Shown in pieces: positions 10,701 to 18,461 of a stretch of 57,282 nucleotides of DNA. Both the position numbers and the translations under genes were made by a program. The notes beneath the pieces were generated by a model, which was not told the DNA's origin, did not search any database, and was given only the letters and a program-made list of their open reading frames with translations. Positions within the stretch are counted from its first letter, which is position 1; each line of letters starts with the position of its first letter. The stretch is from a virus (lineage: Duplodnaviria; Caudoviricetes): positions 1 to 57,282 of IMG/VR virus record IMGVR_UViG_3300026123_000005; one strand, written 5' to 3'.

Positions 10701-11482
10701 ATATCATATAACATCTTGGCTTCTTCTGCCAATCTCGTGGAAAATTCTCCGACAGAATAACCCAGCCGATTTATTGCTTCTGGCCCATCTTTAAGTGCAT
10801 GTACGAATTTAGTAAATTGAAGTTGAGCATCGTATGTGTTGCCGCCAGACATGTTAGTGAATGCATACATACTATCGCCCATAGCACCATATAACTCCTG
10901 GAGACTCATACCTAATCCAGCGGCGTTGTCTTTTAATAAATTGAAGTCATCCAGATTATCGCTCAGAGCGCCCATATCAATAGAAGCTCGCATCTCAGCA
11001 TCATATGATGAAATTGCTTTACCAACTAAAGCGCCTGCCGCAGCTAATTTACCAGCAGTGCTTCCTAATAAATCCGCTGCGCCGCCGGTGAGTTTTAGTA
11101 ACCCTTTAGCAAATGGATTTTTTATAAGTTTGCTGCCAGATTTTAGAATATCCTCTGACGCATCACCCAAAACCTCTGAAGCTTTAGCAACGGTATCCAT
11201 TAACTCAGCAGTACCAGCGATAGGGTCTATATCACGAGTGAGTGTTCCCATTGTACTTTTAGCAGTATCGCCAACTTTGGATACATAACTACTTAATGAC
11301 CGTTGTAAAGAATCCATCTTATCAGTTGAATCGGATAATTCTTCAAAATCTCTTTTTATCCGACGCAATTCCCGCAGTACAACTTGCTCATCATTGGTAA
11401 TCGCCATGATGATAGCTTTGAGGGTTGAGTCCGAAGCCCATGGATATTGTTGAAATATATTATCTACTGATTGTTGGTCCAA
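7709..11482 (-). CDS. Tape-measure-like protein with internal lysozyme-fold (muramidase/transglycosylase) domain (1257 aa)
   Basis: TTG start; helical N-half; 'LLSLIGKGEASG..LTEMTIAEV..AVGKYQMIPSTF..FNAEMQDKMA..EWAALP' resembles lambda-R/GH104-like lysozymes; acidic C-terminal repeats. Confidence 0.65.
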   Translation of the reverse strand: MDQQSVDNIFQQYPWASDSTLKAIIMAITNDEQVVLRELRRIKRDFEELSDSTDKMDSLQRSLSSYVSKVGDTAKSTMGTLTRDIDPIAGTAELMDTVAKASEVLGDASEDILKSGSKLIKNPFAKGLLKLTGGAADLLGSTAGKLAAAGALVGKAISSYDAEMRASIDMGALSDNLDDFNLLKDNAAGLGMSLQELYGAMGDSMYAFTNMSGGNTYDAQLQFTKFVHALKDGPEAINRLGYSVGEFSTRLAEEAKMLYDISDLDSLNQQTQKRIAEAFTTSTEIATMLANVTGDKRSELLAEREQAKTDVDIVTAMRINQEEFQKMYGEAGPAMVNEAYGNLAMAAKMLGPGLQELIMDATKRGIQNTRFDTDIKNDIGEELATQLSAFPMETQEMILTAMQAVITDADSAATDSMYMLRRFGDAAKTLANQDFADARGNEYFTTFNENLAQAKNTVKLLSKKSYDELKDDLLNVGTLADTADDAIEVIDGARISLRNMYSAIIPKHRNLQAFLEIFESSLGLSVSAITTMLPSGTLDPKEAAEEQLANMLKKQEADRQALDDMKRYQEILDRPTSSNAKKRVAQKRIDRILSERQVSAQQDLEFSANRKISLGDDGKTVVVKNPDGSKSIMNVKKGETVNTTADGKVFVTMDSKKLVPTTMTNAEVPLTNLLSLIGKGEASGSYDASNNPTGSDLDTSRGGKKLTEMTIAEVMYWQNEASRSERLGAVGKYQMIPSTFKEAVERGGYDKDAIFNAEMQDKMATDWFLLGGVKRPMLSAFLKGTPYNGREVSVEEAMTAGAMEWAALPVPYDMAGRNRRVRAGESYYEGDGQNSANISIDAYRKALIDAKNQLANKSEQPKPQKKSVPDIKEQVEDVLTKDKLSAPPVVDVKEQVEDVLTENKPSDVPVVDVKGQVIEALDEHETKTSQDIRTTDQKEDKTETPIPSQASVPDIKEQVESELERQIVEPSSEPTPHIPYKDLTLEARIQAVEESIRRNKAYENPNKRVIKAFETELASLRRMEAKNAEASIKRSEEQLVEQSEETMPDLSSTVEVDIPSTYSEDNLAVNFAKGINEDYDSHQEEKSQPKVKTTPQPTAEQRWEYEGEYLTEEEINNRFGLGQDEMANENIDRLAYEASDVLNDALGELIKANTPPTPSEFGDTTYGNPAAMPPAFSSPSGKAIPSVYDTSQYPQSATGQEIEEEKRNSEKPETDSVADITEYLKKSNALDNEINRRMRNIGTTLHRANAAAYQRTV
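8600..8885 (-). repeat. Imperfect 63-bp (21-aa) coding repeats 'VxDxKEQVEDVL'
   Basis: aatacatcttctacttgctcttt at about 8784 and 8847; cttttacatcaacaacagg at about 8740 and 8803; further 'SVPDIKEQVE' copy near 8600-8632. Confidence 0.8.
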
Positions 11483-11502
11483 AATTAACTACCCACTTAA
11501 TG

Positions 11503-11543
11503 TATAAATACAATACACGCATTTACATGTTCTTGTATTTATT
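11503..11543. promoter_or_regulatory. Face-to-face pair of late promoters (TATAAATA on +, AATAAATA on -)
   Basis: ATAAATACAA (11504-11513) and TTGTATTTAT (11533-11542) form an inverted repeat between divergent genes. Confidence 0.65.
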
Positions 11544-11554
11544 CGGAGAAAACC

Positions 11555-12391
11555 ATGAGTACTAATCCCTTAATAGCGGCTTATAGGAAGCCGGCCCTTT
11601 ATATTTCCTTGCCATCAGGAGGGAGATTTTATAATCCAAAGCCAACACTGAGTATAGACGGTGAATTAGCCATCTATCCAATGACTGCTAGGGATGAGTT
11701 GATAACAAAAACTCCAGATGCTCTATACAATGGCGAAGCGACACGAGCACTAATAAAAAGTTGTTGTCCTGACATACAGGACGCTGACCAAGTTCCGATG
11801 AGCGACCTCATTGTTATTTTGCTTGCTATTCGTACTGCGAGTTACGGAAATGAGTTAGACATAGATGTTAAATGTCCATCATGCCAGAGTATGAATATGC
11901 TCACGGTTGATAGTCCAACAATACTAGCGTCTGCAAAATCTGTCACAGCAGAAACAAGTGTGGAATTAAGCCAAGGGTTCATAGTAGATATCAAGCCATT
12001 TAATCTTCATGACCGTACATTACTTCAACTTCAACAAGTAAAACAACAAAGATTGATTCAATCGTTAATGTCACAATCTAATATGGAAGATGCCGAGAGA
12101 AATGAAATTTTTGGCAAGACTTTTGTTGAGATTGCTGAATTGACAGTTGATTTGGTTGCTAACTGTGTAGCAGGTGTAACTATTCCTGACAGCGAAGTAA
12201 TTACTGACCAAGATATGATTCACGAATGGTTAAAATCTATATCTCGTGAAGATTATGAAAAGATTCGTGACCGAGTAGAAGAATTGGGACAAAGTGGCAT
12301 TAATAATAATATGAAGGCTCGTTGCCAAGAATGCGGACATGAATGGACAACAGAAGTTGAGCTAGATATGTCAAATTTTTTCGCAGGCTGA
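11555..12391 (+). CDS. gp26: Baseplate hub assembly protein / tail chaperone (T4 gp26-like)
   Basis: 'LPSGGRFY', 'PMTARDE', 'LLAIRTASYG', two CxxC pairs (CPSC, CQEC), C-terminal 'NFF'. Confidence 0.8.
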   Translation: MSTNPLIAAYRKPALYISLPSGGRFYNPKPTLSIDGELAIYPMTARDELITKTPDALYNGEATRALIKSCCPDIQDADQVPMSDLIVILLAIRTASYGNELDIDVKCPSCQSMNMLTVDSPTILASAKSVTAETSVELSQGFIVDIKPFNLHDRTLLQLQQVKQQRLIQSLMSQSNMEDAERNEIFGKTFVEIAELTVDLVANCVAGVTIPDSEVITDQDMIHEWLKSISREDYEKIRDRVEELGQSGINNNMKARCQECGHEWTTEVELDMSNFFAG

Positions 12392-12618
12392 TAGCTACAT
12401 GTCGGCCGGAAGAAATAGACGATATAGTTGAAAGATATACAAAGGAACTCAAAAACGCTGAAGCAGGTTATTTAGATATTATTCTACATAGTAACGGAGC
12501 ATTGAGTTATGAGGATATAATGCGAATGCCTGTTAATAGTGTAGCATTATATGTAGAACGTATCAATCTTTTAAACGAAAAACGTGCCGAAGCCGCTAAG
12601 AAAAGTAGAAGACGTTAA
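12361..12618 (+). CDS. gp51-like baseplate assembly ORF without its own start; probable -1 frameshift extension of gp26 (not in the ORF track)
   Basis: Frame open 12361-12618: ...FFRRLIATCRPEEIDDIVERYTKELKNAEAGYLDIILHSNGALSYEDIMRMPVNSVALYVERINLLNEKRAEAAKKSRRR*; 'GALSYEDIMRMP' resembles gp51; first TTG/ATG only at 12502/12520. Confidence 0.7.
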   Translation, partial: ARYVKFFRRLIATCRPEEIDDIVERYTKELKNAEAGYLDIILHSNGALSYEDIMRMPVNSVALYVERINLLNEKRAEAAKKSRRR

Positions 12619-13061
12619 ACGTTACCTGTAATCATTTTATAATACTTCTCGGGCCAGCTATCATAATATCTTGTCTTATGTAGTTGGCCTCTTTTTTCTA
12701 CAATATCATCACGCAACTGTATAAAAACACAGCCAGTGAAGTTTTGAGCAAATAATCCTGATTCTGGCGTACTAATGAAGTATAACAAGTCGGGATGCTC
12801 CTCATGTAACTCTTCAATCACATCATGTACTAAATCCAAATTACGCCCATCTATCCACGCAATTCCTACTTCATACGTATCTTTTTGAAACTGGAGAAAT
12901 ATATCTCTCATGTCACCAGAACGAGCATCTAAGAACTGGAGTTTATTATCAAGTCGTGCTTTTCTCGCATAAGGACATACAGCAAAGCCATCTGCTTTTT
13001 TCGCTTCAATTTTTTCTTCAGACCACTTAAGAAAAGCAGTAGTAAATTCTTCAAAATTCAT
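12615..13061 (-). CDS. Hypothetical protein (CPYA motif)
   Basis: 148-aa ORF, 'VCPYARKA' motif; late-promoter-like ACTAAATA at 13118-13125 on minus. Confidence 0.7.
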   Translation of the reverse strand: MNFEEFTTAFLKWSEEKIEAKKADGFAVCPYARKARLDNKLQFLDARSGDMRDIFLQFQKDTYEVGIAWIDGRNLDLVHDVIEELHEEHPDLLYFISTPESGLFAQNFTGCVFIQLRDDIVEKRGQLHKTRYYDSWPEKYYKMITGNV

Positions 13062-13129
13062 TCATTAGTTCCTAGGGATATTTTAGACACACGGATGCTT
13101 AAAGATTAATGTATCACTATTTAGTCGCA

Positions 13130-13830
13130 GTAAATTGTCCTATCGGACAAAACAACTCGCAATGGCATTGCTTCGTTGTTAATACGCTTACGCTTAAACA
13201 CTCTTTTTATTCCTTTCCACTGATTCTTATATATTCCGTAACATATTTTTGTCACTCCTACATGTGTGTGTCTCTATTCTACCTTAGATACACTTAGCCT
13301 ATGGCGGCCAAAATGTATCTAAGGTAGAATAGAACTCTACCTCTCCCAAAGGAGAAAATACATACGATTAGCAAACCTAACAGTTACGGAAGGGGAGGCG
13401 GTTGGGCTGTACCTCAATTACTTGCTGCTTTTACCAGCGCAGTCCATGTGTTCATAGCGAATCGTACCACATTGAACGGACTCCCGGTTGCAATAGTTCA
13501 TCAGAGCCGGGTCTTTTTTCATTACATTACTGTAACTACTACCATTACGACAATAGAAAAGCGCTAACCAGTAGGGTCGTCTTTTAAGGCATCCTATCAC
13601 GAAGATAGGGTAGTCTATTGAAGCAGATAACTAGAAAACCTGTTAGCTTACCATCTCACATCAGAATGGATTTCGCAACGGAATATATAACTGGCCCGTC
13701 AACCTTGAGTCTAGTTTGTAAGGGTTCTGTGAGTAGTCTTTAACCTTGCCGAGGTGTTCAAGTCTCGCATAACAAGGTGCTAGATAGCCGAGCCATACTG
13801 TTTCACAACAGTAATTTTGCGGAGCTTCTG
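13130..13830. ncRNA. Candidate large structured non-coding RNA or structured DNA element (family unassigned)
   Basis: About 800-nt gap without a credible ORF in a gene-dense genome; at least 8 hairpins, a perfect 20-bp stem (13273-13292/13314-13333) and a 13-bp long-range complement (13227-13239/13678-13690). Confidence 0.55.
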
Positions 13831-13842
13831 TCTTAAAAATTC

Positions 13843-13872
13843 TAGATATTAGTAGATATTAGTAGATATTAG
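13843..13872. repeat. Tandem direct repeat (TAGATATTAG)x3
   Basis: Three exact 10-bp copies immediately after the resolvase stop codon. Confidence 0.9.
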
Positions 13873-13876
13873 TTTT

Positions 13877-14410
13877 TTAGTTTGTGCCGTTTATTGCTAA
13901 GTTTTTTAAATTTTCTATATTGGTTGATATTTGTTTAAAATCTGACCAGAACGTTATAGTCCATGCGCCATACTTTTTTGATTCGTAGATAATATGTCTA
14001 GATGTTAGTAGATGTTGGTTGATATTAGTTGGGAAAGCAAGGTAAATACCCTTGCGATCAAATTTCATGAATAATAAGTCTATATCATTTTCGTCATGCG
14101 CATCAAGTGTTTGTTCCAACCACATTTCTAATACAGGAATGGCCTTATCCTGTAACAGATGATGGAATGGAAAATCCGCATAATTTTTACACTCACAATT
14201 GAAATACTTCCAATCGTCAGGAGGGATGATATCGCCCTTGAATGCTTTAATTTGGTTTTCAGTAAGAGTAGCTTTGCGGGAAGCATTAATACCTCCTACA
14301 AATGCGCCAGAGTGTGGAACCCGTTCAAAGTTGTCATTGTAAATTTCACCTAGAATTTTACAGACTTCTCTTTCAAATCCTTTTCCTTTGTTTTTACTCT
14401 TACTTGCCAT
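13877..14410 (-). CDS. Holliday junction resolvase, PD-(D/E)xK type
   Basis: 'SKNKGKGFERE', 'RVPHSGA', 'GDII', 'ECKNY' motifs; downstream of gp46/47. Confidence 0.8.
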   Translation of the reverse strand: MASKSKNKGKGFEREVCKILGEIYNDNFERVPHSGAFVGGINASRKATLTENQIKAFKGDIIPPDDWKYFNCECKNYADFPFHHLLQDKAIPVLEMWLEQTLDAHDENDIDLLFMKFDRKGIYLAFPTNINQHLLTSRHIIYESKKYGAWTITFWSDFKQISTNIENLKNLAINGTN

Positions 14411-14612
14411 TATCGTTTATTTTTTGTAGTATGTCAATACCTAATTTGCTGGTTTCGACCGAAATCTTTTCATCGTATTCAAATAAATCTGTCTGTGGGT
14501 CCTTTACTTGATATGGATGTGGACTCTCTTCTATATGTTTGGCCAACTGGTAAATGAGTAAATCATTCATTTCCCAGTCAGTCATATCATTATCTTTTTT
14601 ATCAGGCATCAA
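14400..14612 (-). CDS. Hypothetical protein
   Basis: 70-aa ORF overlapping both neighbours in operon fashion; start uncertain. Confidence 0.55.
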   Translation of the reverse strand: MMPDKKDNDMTDWEMNDLLIYQLAKHIEESPHPYQVKDPQTDLFEYDEKISVETSKLGIDILQKINDNGK

Positions 14613-16380
14613 TAACTTCTATCTCAGTATTAAATGTAGTGAAGCCGTTTTCTTTTGTAACCTGTAGAACATTATTAACTCGTCCTACAAGTTCATCACG
14701 GTGTGAAATCAACAGAATATTCTTGTTGCGTTCACGCTCCATCTTTTTGAGAACACCCAATGCGTTCTCAACACCAATACTATCCATACCACTGTCAACC
14801 AATTCGTCAATACAAACGAGATTGATAGGATGATTCATACTTTCAAATACATCACGGAATGCCCAAGACAAACCAAGAATCAAGCGATTACGTTCACCGC
14901 GACTCAGGTTGTCAAAGTCAAGGTCTTGTCCCAACTGAGTGATAGTTACAGAAAGATCACTCTGGAACTGAACCTCATGTGGAAGACCTAGCTTCGTAAT
15001 GTAATGTTCTAGGCGATTGTTCATAAACGCAAGATTCTGTTCAATGATACGTTTACGGACAAAACTGTCTTTGTTCGTTAGCAGTTTATACAAAAAGTTC
15101 TGGTGGTCTTGAATTTCAGTTAGACGATTGACCTCATCCCACGAAATATCTTGTAGACCAGTATCACGAAGACTTTGAATCTGTTCCTCATACGGGTCAG
15201 ATTCTTCAATCTTAGATTCTAGTTGATGTTGTAGAGTAGCCAACTTAGTTTGGTGTTCATATGCCTCTTCAACTGTGTTGTATTCCAGTTTAGGACATTC
15301 ACCTAATTCTCCAAGCGAATCAAGGGCTTCTCTGTACTCAACTAGCAAAGCAGTATCTTCGCTTAACTGTTGCTCACTTTCTGCTACCGCATCTGTCTTG
15401 GTGACTACAATCTTTTCATGTGCTTCGTCATGTAGGTCTTGGCCACATGCGTAACACTTGTGCTCTAGTGTAGCATCCAAGTCTGCTTTGGCTTTTGCCA
15501 AGCGTTTTTCTTCACGTTCAATGACAGTAACAAGTTTCGCAATCTCTGAGTTGAGAGTGTCCATTTGTGTTTTCTTATCATTAAACTCTTTATATAATTT
15601 ATGCGATTTTAGCTCTTCATCTACATTTATGCGTTCTAAATGTACAATTTTGTTAGCTAGCTCATCAATGCTTTCTTGTTTCTTTTTAGCCCAAATCGCC
15701 TGTCGTCTTTCCATATCTTTGATACTTTTATCAATCGCCTCATTGGCAGTTTTAATGCCATCAATGCGATAAGTCTCTTCTTGGATACGGTCTTTAGACT
15801 CTTTGATTAGAGTCTTTAGTAGCTCAGCCTTTTCGGAAAGTTGTGTGATGCCTAGCAGTTGCTCAATAAGAGCACGAGCATCATTTGCTCGCATAGACAA
15901 GAAAGGCTCAGTGTATGTATTTAGTGCCACGATATGCTTGAACATTATGTGGGACATACCTAGTACTTTTTCAATAGCAATCTGTGAAAGTTTACCTTCA
16001 CCTTGCATTTCATCAGTCACACCTTCCATGGAGTCAACACCGCCAACAAGGAACTTAAACACGTTAGGTTTACGTCCTCGTTCAATACGATACTCTACGC
16101 CATCCTTTTCAAAATCTACAGTGACCAGCATTTGTTTGTCATTGGTCTTGTTGATTAGGTTACCAACTTTGATATTGACCAATGCGTTACCGAACAATGC
16201 GTATGACAGAGCATTAACGATTGTTGTTTTGCCAGTACCGTTGCGACTACCATCACCGCCTAGGTCCATATTGTTCCCTAGGACGAGAGTCAGGCCAGCA
16301 GAGTCAAACTCTACGGCCTGTGTCACATTACCTACTGAAAGAAAGTTCTTTACTGTTATGTTCTTTATGTTAAGTGCCAT
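14602..16380 (-). CDS. gp46: Recombination ATPase subunit (gp46/SbcC/Rad50)
   Basis: Walker A 'NGTGKTT', zinc hook 'CYACGQ', signature 'LSRGE', Walker B 'IDE', 'ISHR'. Confidence 0.95.
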   Translation of the reverse strand: MALNIKNITVKNFLSVGNVTQAVEFDSAGLTLVLGNNMDLGGDGSRNGTGKTTIVNALSYALFGNALVNIKVGNLINKTNDKQMLVTVDFEKDGVEYRIERGRKPNVFKFLVGGVDSMEGVTDEMQGEGKLSQIAIEKVLGMSHIMFKHIVALNTYTEPFLSMRANDARALIEQLLGITQLSEKAELLKTLIKESKDRIQEETYRIDGIKTANEAIDKSIKDMERRQAIWAKKKQESIDELANKIVHLERINVDEELKSHKLYKEFNDKKTQMDTLNSEIAKLVTVIEREEKRLAKAKADLDATLEHKCYACGQDLHDEAHEKIVVTKTDAVAESEQQLSEDTALLVEYREALDSLGELGECPKLEYNTVEEAYEHQTKLATLQHQLESKIEESDPYEEQIQSLRDTGLQDISWDEVNRLTEIQDHQNFLYKLLTNKDSFVRKRIIEQNLAFMNNRLEHYITKLGLPHEVQFQSDLSVTITQLGQDLDFDNLSRGERNRLILGLSWAFRDVFESMNHPINLVCIDELVDSGMDSIGVENALGVLKKMERERNKNILLISHRDELVGRVNNVLQVTKENGFTTFNTEIEVIDA

Positions 16381-16413
16381 TGTATGCCTTATCTATACGA
16401 AAAATATGTACTA

Positions 16414-17445
16414 TTATACATGGAGTGTGTTGTATATGTCAATGAGTACTGCGGGTTTTATTGTTTCGCTTTCAATTGCGTTGAGTTGGTTGAGTACAAT
16501 TTGGTCAACACTTTCAACGTGTAAACTTTCGTCCGCGTTCCATTCTTTAGCGTGTTCTTCTTTTTTGCTAGGTACCAACGCAATCTCGCGGAGGTTATAT
16601 TGTTGTTGGAATGTTTCTTTGATGTAGTTAGCTTCTTCATATGTAATAGGGATATCAAGTGAAATACGACAATGTGTTTTTGGACCAAGATATTTGTCTG
16701 GGTCTTCTACCAGTTTGCTAATCTCAATTGTTTTGTAACTAGGTGCATCTGGCCAATTAACAAACTCTGGCTCACCTTCCCATTTAAAGAAAGTAATACC
16801 TCGTTCATCGTCCCACGCATCGGCATAGTTATGTGGAAAACAATTCCCTGTGTATACAACATTGCCTTTTATTTGTCGTTTATGAAAATGACCAGAGAAT
16901 ACTTTGTCTGCTTTACTTAGATGTTCTTCACGAAGTCCACCTCCATGGTCAGGCATTTGTACCATGGCATTCATATAGAAATGTGGTAACTCAAAGTGAC
17001 CAAAAATATACTTCACATTCAATTTAGAAATCTTATGATGTTCATCTTCAACTAACCAAGGACAGATAGCGACATTATCTTTCACAAGAATATCATCATT
17101 GACGATAGTAATATTTGGATAGAGTTTGGCCATAGGCAACGAGTTGATTTCTCGTTTTTCGCGATAGTACAGGTCATGGTTACCCATAATCATATACACT
17201 TCGTCAAATGAGCTATTTAATAGCTCTAATGTTCTCATAGTATAGTTAAGTGTTGAGACATTGATGGTAGCACGGTGGTGATGCCAATCACCTAGGAATA
17301 TCGCCTTTTTGATGTTTCTCTTTTTTGACTCTTCGACCATCCATTTCGTGAAATCGTAACAGTCTTGGTTATGTGCTTTACTGTTATTCTTCATTCCAAA
17401 GTGGATATCAGTCCATATTACGATTTCGTCAAATAGTTGTGCCAA
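16414..17445 (-). CDS. gp47: Recombination nuclease subunit (gp47/SbcD/Mre11)
   Basis: Metallophosphoesterase motifs 'TDIHFG', 'LGDWHH', 'GNHD', 'GHFE', 'SGHFH'; TTG start. Confidence 0.95.
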   Translation of the reverse strand: MAQLFDEIVIWTDIHFGMKNNSKAHNQDCYDFTKWMVEESKKRNIKKAIFLGDWHHHRATINVSTLNYTMRTLELLNSSFDEVYMIMGNHDLYYREKREINSLPMAKLYPNITIVNDDILVKDNVAICPWLVEDEHHKISKLNVKYIFGHFELPHFYMNAMVQMPDHGGGLREEHLSKADKVFSGHFHKRQIKGNVVYTGNCFPHNYADAWDDERGITFFKWEGEPEFVNWPDAPSYKTIEISKLVEDPDKYLGPKTHCRISLDIPITYEEANYIKETFQQQYNLREIALVPSKKEEHAKEWNADESLHVESVDQIVLNQLNAIESETIKPAVLIDIYNTLHV

Positions 17446-17446
17446 C

Positions 17447-18337
17447 TTATTCTTCCTCTTTCTCTTCTGAATCGTCTTTTTTGTTGTTACCGTAAAAATT
17501 ATCTAGTCCTTCACGGTCTTGAATACCTTCCCATTCAGCATTGAATGAGCGTGTGAAACTTGGATCTAGGCCTTGCTCTTCTAGTAGGTCATCACGAATA
17601 TTCTGACTACGTTTCTCTAGATTGAGTACACGAGTAAACGAGTTAGTGATAGCCGCTGTGTAGTAAGCAAATGGATTATCACTCTTAGCTTCGTTAAACT
17701 GGAGACCAATCTGCGTTAGTTGAAGTATAGCTTGTCCTCGCATTTCGTCAACATATGTGTAACCACGCCAGTTGCTACGTTGTGAGTATCGTTCACAAAG
17801 TTTCATGTACATAAATGCTAGGCGTTCATTCGTTCTACCATGTGTAACACTAAACTTGCCATCTGTCAAGTCACCCTTCCAATGACTGCGGGCTACTTCT
17901 GTCCATTCGCCATTAATCATGGCATATTGTTTGAATGGAGGAAAGTTACAGCGACTATGATTATCTGCGGTTGATTTTGGATTAGTTTTGCGTTTTTCTA
18001 ATGGAATGTGGTCAAACGTCATCACACGGACAACAATATCTTCAGTAGAAATAGATTCTGGATCAACAGCGAAATCAGCGGCTTTTGGTTTTGTTTTCTT
18101 GTCTAGCTCACCTCTTTCCCACCGTTTTACTTGCTCTTCATGCGCAAGTCGTTGTAGTCTCTTTGCTTTGTTTTCTTTGGCTTCTGTGATGGTACTATCG
18201 TTGATATCGTCAAGGTGATTGATGATGATATCATACATGTGATATTTTTTATCCATTAGCCAGCAATATGACATTTTACTATTATGGATTTCTTTAAGTA
18301 TTTCTTTGTTAGTTAAGTAGTGTTGTGCTTTAGCCAT
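17447..18337 (-). CDS. gp55: Late transcription sigma factor (T4 gp55-like)
   Basis: 'YLTNKEIL', 'NWRGYTYVDEM', 'FNEAKSDNPFAYYT' motifs; gp55-47-46 synteny. Confidence 0.85.
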   Translation of the reverse strand: MAKAQHYLTNKEILKEIHNSKMSYCWLMDKKYHMYDIIINHLDDINDSTITEAKENKAKRLQRLAHEEQVKRWERGELDKKTKPKAADFAVDPESISTEDIVVRVMTFDHIPLEKRKTNPKSTADNHSRCNFPPFKQYAMINGEWTEVARSHWKGDLTDGKFSVTHGRTNERLAFMYMKLCERYSQRSNWRGYTYVDEMRGQAILQLTQIGLQFNEAKSDNPFAYYTAAITNSFTRVLNLEKRSQNIRDDLLEEQGLDPSFTRSFNAEWEGIQDREGLDNFYGNNKKDDSEEKEEE

Positions 18338-18407
18338 TATGGTATGTAAGGTCCTTGTTTTGTTACATTAGATAGCATTTTTACGCATTATGTAACTATT
18401 TTGGTAC

Positions 18408-18436
18408 ATTATATAACATTTTGGAATGAATGTCAA
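18408..18436 (-). promoter_or_regulatory. Perfect sigma70-type promoter for the gp55-gp47-gp46-resolvase operon
   Basis: Minus strand TTGACA (18436-18431), 17-nt spacer, TATAAT (18413-18408). Confidence 0.9.
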
Positions 18437-18461
18437 GTAAATTTGAGCATGTTTTTTTGAG

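Noticed and set aside
13498-13504. CUGAUGA hammerhead core on the minus strand
   Set aside because: No stem II followed by GAAA at the required position.
13109-13600. Short ORFs (13109-13297 +, 13402-13587 +, 13418-13600 -) in the non-coding gap
   Set aside because: No SD sequences, atypical Cys/His/Tyr-rich composition, and they overlap dense hairpins; probably spurious.
13609-13625. Group I intron R-like element (UUCAAUAGACUA on minus)
   Set aside because: No matching downstream S element (UAGUC), and the flanking genes appear complete, so there are no exons to join.
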